A stretch of 63,413 nucleotides of DNA, filler included, from Octopus bimaculoides (lineage: Eukaryota): NCBI RefSeq assembly GCF_001194135.2. It is 4 parts of 4 records of this genome, joined end to end, with 100 filler letters (N's around TTAATTAATTAA, not from the genome) between each part and the next. Parts side by side here need not be neighbours in the genome. Positions count along the whole stretch, not along the records: positions 1 to 26,835 come from NC_069004.1; 3 more parts are not named here. One strand, given 5' to 3'. The notes beneath the pieces are model-generated. The model did not search any database and was not told where the DNA came from. It saw only the letters and a program-made list of their open reading frames with translations. Shown here piece after piece: positions 13,606 to 25,051 of this stretch (within the stretch, counting starts at the first letter, position 1; every line of letters begins with the position of its first letter). Both the position numbers and the translations under genes were made by a program.

Positions 13606-14051
13606 CAGGGGTTTTCAATCGAGGTCCATATGGCCCCTGAGGATCCATATGAGATTTGTGGGGGGGTTCACACAAGAAAATAGTAAATTGGGGATTGACA
13701 ATAATATTGTAAGGGCCCCTGAAAAAATTTTCCTTTAGATGTATGTATTGGTATGTATTGCAAGAAACAGCTAGGTTTCTTTCTCTAACATTTTACATAA
13801 TTCAACTTAAACAAGGGAATGTGTGAAAAACAAATAGGAACTTTGAAAGAAATTTCTGTAAAACTAGCTTTTAGACATCGAATGGCTATGGGGGTCCACC
13901 AGAATAAAATAGTAATCAAAGGGGTCCAAAGATTAAAAAATGGTTGAGAATCCCTGCTTTAGATGTATGTCTTGGTATGTTTTGCAAGAAACAGTTAGGT
14001 TTCTTTCTCTAATATTTTACATAGATCTATCTAAATGATTGAGAACCCCTG
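13606..14051. mobile_element. hAT (Charlie-like) MITE with an internal extra right end
   Basis: Terminal inverted repeats (TIRs) caggggttttcaa / ttgagaacccctg; 8-bp TSD gtatagaa / atatagaa; second right TIR ends at 13956. Confidence 0.85.
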
Positions 14052-14112
14052 ATATAGAACATCATAGAAGAGCTGGATTTGTTTGCCATTCTGTTTGAAA
14101 CCATTATTAAAG

Positions 14113-14338
14113 TGGTGAGCTAGCAGAATCATTAGCACACCAGACAGAATGCTTAATAGCATTTCATCTGTTCTTATATTCTGAGTTCAAATTCTGCCAA
14201 GGTTGACTTTGCCTTTCATCCTTTTGGGGTCAATAAAATAAGTACCAATGGAGTACTGGGGTTGATATATTTGTATTAGCTCCTTCCCAAATTTCAGGCC
14301 TTGCGCCTTTAGTAGAAAGGATTATTATTATTATTATT
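14113..14338 (+). mobile_element. SINE family A, tail type 2, ending in (ATT)n
   Basis: ggtgagctagcagaatc head, gagttcaaattc, tail tagtagaaagg(att)n. Confidence 0.85.
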
Positions 14339-14781
14339 GAGAGTAGCGCATGCCATCAAAGTGATGCTGGGGTACAAATATATGAATCCCAACATACTCA
14401 TCATGACTACCCATCTGATAAAGGTACACCTGGCACACGCATCACAACCATATGTACACAACATGGTGATCTCATATCAAGATAAATGGTGCATGACCTT
14501 GCAGTTAGAATTTTCTTCAGCTCAAGTAGCCCTTCTCACTCAAAAGGTCCCTCAATAAGGTTTAAGGATGATGAACAAAACATCCATGTTTCCAGAGGTG
14601 AATTATTCAAAGCCCAAAGAATTCCTCTCAACACATAACTATGATGCTCCCCAACTATTTCTGCCCATGATCAGAGATACACATATTGTCAGCCACTAAG
14701 GGACATGCTCAGCTGGTTACGGTCAAGCAACTGACAAGCAAATCTGTAATATTGAGCAGAATATTTGCAGTAGCCCATCTC
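14339..14781 (+). mobile_element. Repeat family G, 3'-truncated copy starting in (ATT)n
   Basis: gagagtagcgcatgccatcaaagtg start; reverse-complement collinear with 53772-54321. Confidence 0.75.
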
Positions 14782-14991
14782 ATTATTTATTCGCACACAA
14801 CAGAAGCCCAAATGCAAACCTAGAAGTACATATAATACTGTACTGGATAGCACAGGGTGAAATCTGAAGGTGGGTGAGTTTTATTCTGTACTCTATATAG
14901 TTATGGTATATTCTTTACAGAATATACTGTAAATATATATATATATATATGCGTGTGTGTGTGTGTGATGAGCTTCTTTCAGTTTCTTATT

Positions 14992-15360
14992 TATTATTTC
15001 TTTACTGCCCACAAGGGGCTACACACAGAGGGGACAAACAAGGACAGACAAACGGATTAAGTCGATTATATCAACTCCAGTGCGTAACTGGTATTTATTT
15101 AATCGACCCCGAAAGGATGAATGACAAAGTCGACCTCGGCGGAATTTGAACTCAGAACGTAGCGGCAGACGAAATACTGCTAAGCATTTTGCCCGGCGTG
15201 TTAACATTTCTGCCAGCTGTCTACCAAATCCACTCACAAGGCTTTGGTCGGCCCGAGGCTATAGTAGAAAACACTTGCCCAAGGTGTCACGCTATGGGAC
15301 TGAACCCAGGACCATGTGGTTGGGAAGCAAGATTCTTACCATACAGCCATACCTGTGCCT
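14992..15360 (-). mobile_element. SINE family A (14992-15217) abutting the 5' half of a family B SINE (15218-15360)
   Basis: Reverse complements of the 6323 and 7343 copies respectively. Confidence 0.85.
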
Positions 15361-16966
15361 ATTTTAGTTATCTTTTCTCTCTTTCTCTTGCATGGATTTA
15401 TTTGCAAAAAAGTTCTAAAGTCTCCTGCAATCTTTTAGAAGTGTTGATATGTATTCAGTTAATGTCACAATTATTTTGTTAAATAATTTTAGTCTGTGTG
15501 TATTATATACACACACACACACATATACACGCATACTACAGAAGTTGTCTGTTGTCTGTGATAAAAAAAAACAACAAAAACCCCTTCAAATTCGCTCACT
15601 TAAGCTATCATATATCTTCCATAATAACAGTAACTCTTGCTAATGACTTTCCCCTCTCAACTTTGTGCTTCTCGTCCTTGTGACTTTCTTCTCTGCCTGA
15701 TAATCTGATGCCATCCAATCTCTTCAGGAAATTTCATAGCCCAGCGCCATTGGAATTCCACTGTGATGTACGTGACAGCACCACCCACCCACCTCCAATC
15801 ACCACCATCGTCACCACCACCCTTCTCTACTGTTGCCCACCCAACCACCCACTGACCTCCACCCATCAGCGTCTCCCCCATCCCCCGCCTCGCCCTGCCC
15901 CCACCCGTCCAAACTGGGTCGGTTGGGTTGTAAGNNNNNNNNNNNNNNNNNNNNNNNNNNNNNNNNNNNNNNNNNNNNNNNNNNNNNNNNNNNNNNNNNN
16001 NNNNNNNNNNNNNNNNNNNNNNNNNNNNNNNNNNNNNNNNNNNNNNNNNNNNNNNNNNNNNNNNNNNNNNNNNNNNNNNNNNNNNNNNNNNNNNNNNNNN
16101 NNNNNNNNNNNNNNNNNNNNNNNNNNNNNNNNNNNNNNNNNNNNNNNNNNNNNNNNNNNNNNNNNNNNNNNNNNNNNNNNNNNNNNNNNNNNNNNNNNNN
16201 NNNNNNNNNNNNNNNNNNNNNNNNNNNNNNNNNNNNNNNNNNNNNNNNNNNNNNNNNNNNNNNNNNNNNNNNNNNNNNNNNNNNNNNNNNNNNNNNNNNN
16301 NNNNNNNNNNNNNNNNNNNNNNNNNNNNNNNNNNNNNNNNNNNNNNNNNNNNNNNNNNNNNNNNNNNNNNNNNNNNNNNNNNNNNNNNNNNNNNNNNNNN
16401 NNNNNNNNNNNNNNNNNNNNNNNNNNNNNNNNNNNNNNNNNNNNNNNNNNNNNNNNNNNNNNNNNNNNNNNNNNNNNNNNNNNNNNNNNNNNNNNNNNNN
16501 NNNNNNNNNNNNNNNNNNNNNNNNNNNNNNNNNNNNNNNNNNNNNNNNNNNNNNNNNNNNNNNNNNNNNNNNNNNNNNNNNNNNNNNNNNNNNNNNNNNN
16601 NNNNNNNNNNNNNNNNNNNNNNNNNNNNNNNNNNNNNTTTTTTTTTTCTCAAAATTCAGTTTTAGGTTTTACTGGGGAATTAAAACATGAAATCTACTTT
16701 TAGTAAATTGTAACAATTTTTTTATTCTCTATTTTGCTATGTTTTAGTTGGTGTCTCCAGCTTAAAAACTGTTTTCTTCATTACTTCCTCCAATAGACTC
16801 ATTTATGAAGAAGGCCCAATGGTGAGGGAGATTGGCAGTCATTGTTGTTGAGAACATGGAGAGGCAAAGTGGCTGAGTGGATAACAACTAAGATGAGATG
16901 TAATTCAGGAGTCAGAAAACAATATTTTATTCTAAGTTGCCACAGTTCACCTTAGTTGTCAGTAAT

Positions 16967-17357
16967 GTTGTTGCTGTTGGCACTCCATCGCTTACGACGT
17001 CGAGGGTTCCAGTTGATCCGATCAACGGAACAGCCTGCTCGTGAAATTAACATCAAAGTGGCTGAGCAATCCACAGACACGTGTACCGTTAACGTAGTTC
17101 TCTGGGATATTCAGCGTGACACAGTGTGACAAAGCTAGACCTTTGAATTACAGGCACAACAGAAACAGGAAGTAAGAGTGAGAGAAAGTTGTGGTGGAAG
17201 AGTACAGCAGGGTTCGCCACCATCCCCTGCCAGAGCCTCGTGGAGCTTTAGGTGTTTTCGCTCAATAAACACTCACAACGCCTGGTCTGGGAATCGAAAC
17301 TGTGATCCTATGACCGCGAGTCCGCTGCCCTAACCACTGGGCCATTGCGCCTCCACT
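16967..17357 (-). mobile_element. tRNA-derived SINE family C (OK/OR-like octopus SINE), full length
   Basis: Reverse complement of 61320-61719; head ggaggcgcaatggcccagtggttaggg with B-box-like tttcgattccc; 12-bp TSD gttgtcagtaat at 16955-16966 and 17358-17369. Confidence 0.9.
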
Positions 17358-17519
17358 GTTGTCAGTAATATGCACCAGATAACATGAGAATGTTAACAGC
17401 AATAGGCCAACCCTCTATCTAAGAGAATATGCATTGTTCATCTGTTTCAGGGATCAAACTGAGTACAGAAAGGTACTTTAAGGTAGGTTTAAAGGGCATT
17501 CACATTCATTGTTTAATAT

Positions 17520-17703
17520 TGGTTTCAAATTTTGGCACAAGGCCAGCAATTACCCCAATGCTCAACTGGTACGTATTTTATCAATCTCAAATGGATGAAA
17601 AGCAAAGTCAACCCTGGTGGAATTTGAACTCAGAGCATAAACACAGACGAAATGCCACTATGCATTTCAGCCAGTGTGTCAACAAATTTGCCAGCTTGTT
17701 GCC

Positions 17704-17750
<47 letters not shown>

Positions 17751-17960
17751 TTCTACTATAGACACAGGGCCTGAAATCTTGATAATCAATTTCATTGNNN
17801 NNNNNNNNCCCCCAGTGTTTCGCTGGTACTTAATTTATCAATCCCGAAAGGATGAAAGGCAAAGTTGACCTCGGCAGAATCCAAACTTAGGACGTAAAGA
17901 CAGACAAAATGTTGCGAAGCATTTTGCCTAGCATGCTCACGATTCTGCCAGCTCACCGCC

Positions 17961-18006
<46 letters not shown>

Positions 18007-18225
18007 TAGTTTCATATTTTGGCACAAAGCCAGTAATTGTAGGGAGAGGCTAAGTTGATTACAGCGATTCTAGTGATCAACTGGTACTTATTTTATCAAC
18101 CCCAAAAGGATGAAAGGCAAAATCAACATCAGCAGAATTTGAACCCAGAATATAAATAAAAATGGTTGAAATGTCGTTAAGCATTTTGCCTGGCGTACTA
18201 ATGATTCTGTCAGCTCACTGGCTTA
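17520..18225 (-). mobile_element. Three head-to-tail family A SINEs separated by (AAT)n tracts
   Basis: Copies at about 17520-17705, 17751-17962 and 18010-18225, all minus strand; (AAT)n at 17706-17750 and about 17962-18005. Confidence 0.85.
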
Positions 18226-20504
18226 ATAATGATAATAATAATAGTAATACTAATTGTAATACTAGCAAAATTATTTACGTTTTACATAATTACCATCCTG
18301 AATTTCAAAAAATTATCTGGTGTATTTACTATAACGGATTTTGTGTTTATCTCTGAGAGAGTTGGTGAAAGAATATGTGACTGTAGATGGAAGAAAATTA
18401 TGTAATTAAGCGATCCTACTGACCCTTGACCCTTGAACTGTGTGCATGTGTGTGTGTGTGTGTGTGTGACATAGTCAGTTTAAACAAAATGTATGTACTT
18501 CTTTAAATGTTATAATTAATAAGACGAATATTTTTTTCACAAACGACTCGACTGACTTGGACTGTCATTACTCTGGGGTGTCATGGGGAGTTGCATTTTT
18601 TAGGCTTGGGCAAGTTTATTGACTGAGACTAACTACACAGAACACATATAGACATATAAACACACATATATAAACATGTAAGCACACTTATATAACACAC
18701 ATATATAAACACACTGTGCACAATTATTACACATATAAATATACATGCATACATATAAAAACACACATCAAACTATCTTTCGCTCACATATTAACTCTCA
18801 CACTTACATGCATGGAAACGCTCATAAAGAAACGCACACGCATTTACAAACTCACATAAACACATACACACAAGCATTTCTAAACATACTAATACACATG
18901 AACACACACACATGCACACACACACACGCACACACACAACTGTCTTCAAAGAAATCACTTTTTAAGTGGAATAATATATTTGAAGATGTGACAAAACCCA
19001 ATAATTATTGGGTGGGGACGGGGTGATTACCGACTTTCTAAATTCCTTCCAGGCTTCTGGCACCAAATAATACAATCATAAATACCGTTGTTGTTGTTGA
19101 GGTGGGGAGGGGGGTTGCTTTCTGTTAACACTACATACACTGGCACCTAACATCACATGTGATACTACTACTACTATTACTACTACTACTACTACTACTA
19201 CTACTACCAAACACCTCATATACTAGCACATATACCATAACAGCTGTCACTAAGATTGGACAGTGTCGCCAACAACATAAACACTGGCATCCCTGTCGCC
19301 ACTACTGCTATGGCCAACGCTACCACCACTACCTTCAACACCACCAACCACTACCTCCAACACCACCTCCGGCACCAACACTACCATCTCCGACACCACC
19401 ACCTCCGACACCACCACCGTCTCCAACACCACCACCTCCGACATCACCTCCAAGTGACTGTATTGTGGTTATCTCCCCTTTACAACCTAGAGAATTATGC
19501 TGGTGTTCTGTAAAGGGCTAATTAGGATTTGGGCAGTACCCTTGCTTTGCCACAACTAGCTTCAAGAAAAGTCCAGGCCTTGTGTAATGACTTGGAAGAA
19601 TTTTGCTGTCATTGACTTCTTGCCAGACACAAAAACTTGTCCACCAAGCATAAGGTGAAACTCAATTCTTATATCCGTGTTGTCAGAGACCAATGGTTGA
19701 CTGTCTGTAGGAGGTTATGGAAGTGAGATTAGCTACAGCTGACTACGCAGGCTACTTTAAGAGTTATTTTCAGTGTTCACTGTTTTCTGCATTATTAGAG
19801 GAAAGGAAGACTTGATGTTAATAAAATCCTCACTGACTTAACTGAATATTTGATAACATTGATTATTCTTAATTATTAATAATTATCATCAGCACCCTCT
19901 CTCTGTCTCTCTTTCTCTTTCTCCCTGTCTAGCCATCTATCTTTTCATATGGCTTAGTGCTTGGCTAATAATGAAGGTCTTAATTTCTCATCTTCCTTTC
20001 TGCTTTAACCTTTTAGGACCGATTAGCTGAGAGATATTTAATATCTTAGCAGAGATATGGTTCCGGATGTAGGCTTTGCACCTAAATATCTTTCCAACAT
20101 AAACTGTAACTGTTAAAACAACTTACCGATTCTATTTCAAGTAAATTGGCTACTCCTGTTCATCTGGTTTTTACATGAATCAAGATAATATCTATGACCT
20201 TTTTGGATTTAATACTTCTAAAACCAAAATATAATTTACCTGGAGAAGGAAAGAAGAAAAAAGGAGCGCCACAATTCCTACCTGCTGTGTGTAAATTGTT
20301 TCAAAGCCCTCCTCCATCATAAATATGTTGTACTGAGTTTCCAAGGTCATCTCAAGAGGATGTTAGATAATCTTTAGGGTCATACTTCAACTGATTAAAA
20401 TAGAATTTAATCTCTGAAATACAAAATCTGTTTTAACCTTAAATGAGTTCTAAGCATTCCAAGGGTCAGATTGCATTCTAAACCATGTGCTGTCTTAGCC
20501 TTAT

Positions 20505-20798
20505 AAGACATGTCTTAATTGGTCACAACTAAGGCACGTCACTAGTCATAACTAAGACATGTCTTAATTGGTCACAACTAAGGCACATCATTAGTCATAA
20601 CTAAGACATGTCTTAATTGCTCACAACTAAGGCACGTCACTAGTCATAACTAAGACATGTCTTAATTGCTCACAACTAAGGCATGTCACTAGTCATAACT
20701 AAGACATGTCTTAATTGGTCACAACTAAGGCACATCATTAGTCATAACTAAGACATTCCTTAATTGCTCACAACTCAGTCACATCATTGGTCATAACT
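20505..20798. repeat. 49-bp minisatellite, 6 copies, each made of two related subunits (26 + 23 bp)
   Basis: Units start at 20505, 20554, 20603, 20652, 20701, 20750; consensus aagacatgtcttaattg(g/c)tcacaactaaggcac(g/a)tca(c/t)tagtcataact. Confidence 0.95.
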
Positions 20799-21094
20799 TA
20801 GATGTGCTTCATTGTACCTTGACAGGTATCTCTCTCTGTCGTTAATTTTACTCCATCTTCAGTTTAATACTGTGTTTCTCTGTCAATAACATCAGTGTGA
20901 TTGAGTGGTCTTCATGGATGTTACATTTTAGAGACTTCCACCCTCTAACGTCTAATAGATAGATTTTATCATTTATCATTTACTTGCTTCAGTCAGTAGA
21001 CTGTGGCCATGCTGGGACACTGCCTTGAAGAATTTTAATCAAATGAAGCAACCCCAGTACTTTTTTTTTCTTTTGCTGTACCACTAAATTATAA

Positions 21095-21346
21095 GGAGAT
21101 GTACTTGCATAGCAAGTGACCTGATCTGAGACCGTGTGCTGGAATGAAAACAGTTGCAGCGTAAAAGGTGTTTATAAGCCATTTAAAATAACACACAAAA
21201 ACCGTTAGATTCGCTTCAACATTTAAATTTAATTTGTCAAAATATTTTCGTCGCTTTGAGACTGCGACCTGTTCACTGACAAAATTGTGTGCAGCACAGT
21301 TTTTGTGTGTTATTTTAAATGGCTTATAAACACCTTCCACGCTGCA
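21095..21346. mobile_element. Structured non-autonomous element with a 51-bp internal inverted repeat
   Basis: Arms 21152-21202 and 21299-21349 (2 mismatches); flanked by the direct repeat actaaattataa (21083-21094, 21347-21358). Confidence 0.75.
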
Positions 21347-22181
21347 ACTAAATTATAAAATATTTTGAAATCTCTGCCTGTCTATCTATCCATTTATTTA
21401 TCTGTCTGTCTATCTGTCCAGCAAGCAAGCTAGACATGGTACAGGCATTACAGGCATGGTTGTATGGCCAACAAGTTTGCTTTGCATTTAGATGATGTTT
21501 GTGCTCAATTCCATTCACTTCTACCATCAAGTTAAGGCTTTTGGGTGATCCAAAGCTCTGACAGTAAAAGGCGGAACCCTGAAACTATAACAAACCAGTG
21601 TGTGTGTCTTCATATTCATCATTCAACATAAGCGTTCCATAGCAATATGGGTTGGATCAGATGTGTTGTGGGACTGCATTCTGTACAGATTTTTATCTTA
21701 GCTTGGTCCCTATTATTGGATGTCCTTTCTTATACCAACCACATTATGGTGGGACTGGGGACTGTTTTCATCACATCAGCAGGAATGATGATCACCTCAT
21801 AACTGGCAATGCTAAGGGCTAGGAATGGTCCCCTATTACTGAGGGTGAAAAGAAGATATGAGTGTGCTGTGTATGTAAGTGTGTTTGTATATGTGCATGT
21901 GTGTATGTATGTATGTGTGTGTGTGTATGTGTGTGTATTAATGTTTGTTTTTAAGTTCAGTTATAATAAAAACAATTTCACATTAATCTGTTGGGTTACT
22001 TTGTACTTTTGTAGAGTACAAAATTTATAATTCTTAAACAAGAATGTTGTTGTCAGTGACTTCGAAGTTTTGGCCAGTTAAGTCACTGTCAGACTGCCTA
22101 TTATATGTTTGTGTGTGTGTATGTGCTTAGATGTACATGTATGCACTTACATGTACTTATACATTTGTGTGCATGTGTATG

Positions 22182-22214
<33 letters not shown>

Positions 22215-22314
22215 ATGTATATATGTGTGTGTGTATGTATATATGTGTGTGTGTGTGTGTGTGTNNNNNNNNNNGTGTGTGTGTGTGTATGCATGTATTT
22301 ATACATTTGTGTGC

Positions 22315-22356
<42 letters not shown>

Positions 22357-23534
22357 ATGTGTGTATATATATATGGGTGTTAATGTGTTCATGTGTGCAT
22401 ATGTATCCCATTTCACCTCAGTGACACTATATTCACCTTAATTATGGCTATTATCAGATCAGAAGGTTAGGGTGAGGGTGAAGGCCTATCAAAGGGCATC
22501 AAAAGCCAGCCAGCCAACCGACCAACCAACCAACCAACCAACTTGGCCATACCAATCACACATTTCCACTCAACAACTCAATGCAATGAAGTTTTTTTTT
22601 AACTTTTAAATCAAACACTAGACTGCCTGACCTGTTTTGCCATTACTATTATTCTGATTCGGATTATTATTATTATTATTATTATTATCATTATTATTAT
22701 TATTATTATTATTATTAAAATGCAAAGACAATAAAAAGGAAAATAATCCTATAGGATTTCTATTTCCCCTCTTTATGCTGTGCGATGTTTATACATGTCT
22801 CTCTTTTCTCCCTCCATCTCTCTCTCTCTCCCCTCTCACTCCTTCCGCTCTCTCACTCTATCCCCTCCCTCCCTCCCTCTCTGTATCTATATATACATAT
22901 ATATATATATGTGTGTGTGTGTGTATGCACACATACACATGCAGACATGTATTTATATCATCATCATCAATATTATTTATGTCTGCTTTCTATGGTGGCA
23001 CGGGTTACACAGTTTGACTGGAACTGGTAACTCAGAGAGCAGCACTGAGCTCCAGTCTGATTTGGCATGGTTTCTACGGCTGGATGCCCATCCTAACACC
23101 AACCACTCCAAGAGTGTAACAGGTACTTTTTATGTGCCACTGGCATGGGTGCTTTTTATGTTCTACTGGCATGGGTGCTTTTTATGTGCCACCAAGGCAG
23201 CAGCAATGTCCTCTTAACAAATAGCCAGAGATGATCTTTAAAATGAGAATATCTGAAATAAACTCGACTGCTCTCGCAAGCGAGAATACTAAAAATGAAC
23301 CTGACAAAAATTAAGTAAATTAACAGGGAAAATAATCCAGAATCCTTGTCTAGTACCGGATCAATCCCAAAATCTAATCAGTCTGTGCCAGTCACGAGGC
23401 CAAACATCCCTGAAAGTTTCATCTAAATCCATCCAGCGATTCTTGAGATATCTTGTCCATGGACCAACAAACAAACACAACTGAAAACAATACTCCCGCC
23501 TTTGCTAAGGCAGAGGTAATAATAATAATAATAA

Positions 23535-23747
23535 TCCTTTCTATTATAGGTATAAGCCCTGAAATTTGGGTGAGGGAGACAGTTGATTACATCAACCCCA
23601 GTGTTTTACTGATGCTTGAGTTGTCAACCCCAAAAGACTGAAAGGCAAAGTTGACCTCAACAGAATTTGAACACAGAACATGAAAACAGACGAAATGCCA
23701 CTAAGCATTTTGCCCAGCATGCTAACAATTCTGTCAGCTTGCTGCCT
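23535..23747 (-). mobile_element. SINE family A, tail type 2, with (AAT)n on both sides
   Basis: Reverse complement of family A; AAT runs at about 23518-23534 and 23748-23790. Confidence 0.85.
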
Positions 23748-23748
23748 T

Positions 23749-23786
<38 letters not shown>

Positions 23787-23790
23787 TAAT

Positions 23791-24200
23791 CATCGTTTAA
23801 CGTCCGCTTTCCATGCTAGCATGGGTTGGACGATTTGACTGAGGACTGGCAAGCCAGAAGGCTGCACCAGGCTCCAATCTGATCTGGCAGAGTTTCTACA
23901 GCTGGATGCCCTTCCTAACACCAACCACTCCGAGAGTGTAGTGGGTGCTTTTACATGCCACTGGCACGAGGGCCAGTCACACGGTACTGGCAACTGCCAC
24001 ACTCAAAAAGGTGTTTTTTACATGCCACCTGCATGGGAGCCAGTCCAGCGGCACTGGCAACGACCTCACTCGAATGATTTTCTAAGTGCTAGAAAGCAAT
24101 GCTGGTAACGATTACGCTCAAATGGTGCTATTTACACGCCACTAGCACAGAAGCCAGACAGCTGTTCTAGCAATGAACACGCTCGACAGTGCTGTTAGTG
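23791..24200 (-). mobile_element. Retroposon family D
   Basis: Collinear with 5406-5699 and extends further 5'. Confidence 0.85.
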
Positions 24201-24206
24201 CTCTGA

Positions 24207-24428
24207 CCCTTTAGCATTCATAGCAGCCATATCTGGCCTGAATATTCTCCCCTTTTCGTGTTTAGACTGGCTAGATCTGGCCTCTCACACCTACCCTACA
24301 ACGTCATTCTAGAAATAAGCCATCACATTATAGAAATCTCTGTGCTGTGAGATGATGCATGATTGATTCAAAACAATGTAAATAAGTAAGTATTTCATTT
24401 GACAGAGTAATCAGAACGCTAAAAAGGG
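24207..24428. mobile_element. Possible piggyBac-type MITE
   Basis: Ends ccctttagcatt / aacgctaaaaaggg followed by TTAA; left TTAA not intact. Confidence 0.4.
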
Positions 24429-24549
24429 TTAAAAAGAACCATGGAGATCGGCATCTCTCAGAACAGAGTTTTTCTGAAGACAACATGTCAGAAAGGAGGA
24501 ATCCACGTGTTTCAGATACATACACATGCACACAAATACATGTGTTTGT

Positions 24550-24581
<32 letters not shown>

Positions 24582-25015
24582 TTACACATGCACACAATGG
24601 GCTTCCTTACAGTTTCTGTTGTCTGGTTTTGATTCACAAGGCATTGGCCCAAACAAGATAACTTAGGGTGCTCTGCAGTGAAATGGAACTCAGAATCATT
24701 GACATTACAAAGCGAAGACCACGTTCACACACCCATACCTTCTTATATACATGTGTGTATGGGTATATACATTGACAAATTCATTTGTGCATGTAGTATG
24801 TATGTATGTAGATGTATGTAGTGTGCATGTAGTATGCATGTATGTATAGATGTATATGAGTATATGTACATATGTAATTGCACATATTGTTGTTATTTAT
24901 ATTATTTTCATTATTATTATTTATATTATTATTATTATCATTATTATTATTTATATTATCATTATTATTATTATTATTATTATCATCATCATCACTGTCA
25001 TCATCATCACCATTA

Positions 25016-25051
<36 letters not shown>

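Noticed and set aside
18318-18410. WCIYYNGFCVYL followed in another frame by VGERICDC
   Set aside because: No acceptor, stop codons, and needs a frameshift; resemblance to the module is superficial.
20505-20798. CRISPR-like look of the regular 49-bp array with a palindrome
   Set aside because: No unique spacers, no cas genes, eukaryotic context; it is a minisatellite.
22464-22485. ttagggtgagggtgaagg, telomere-like or G4-like
   Set aside because: Only one true TTAGGG unit; too short to call.
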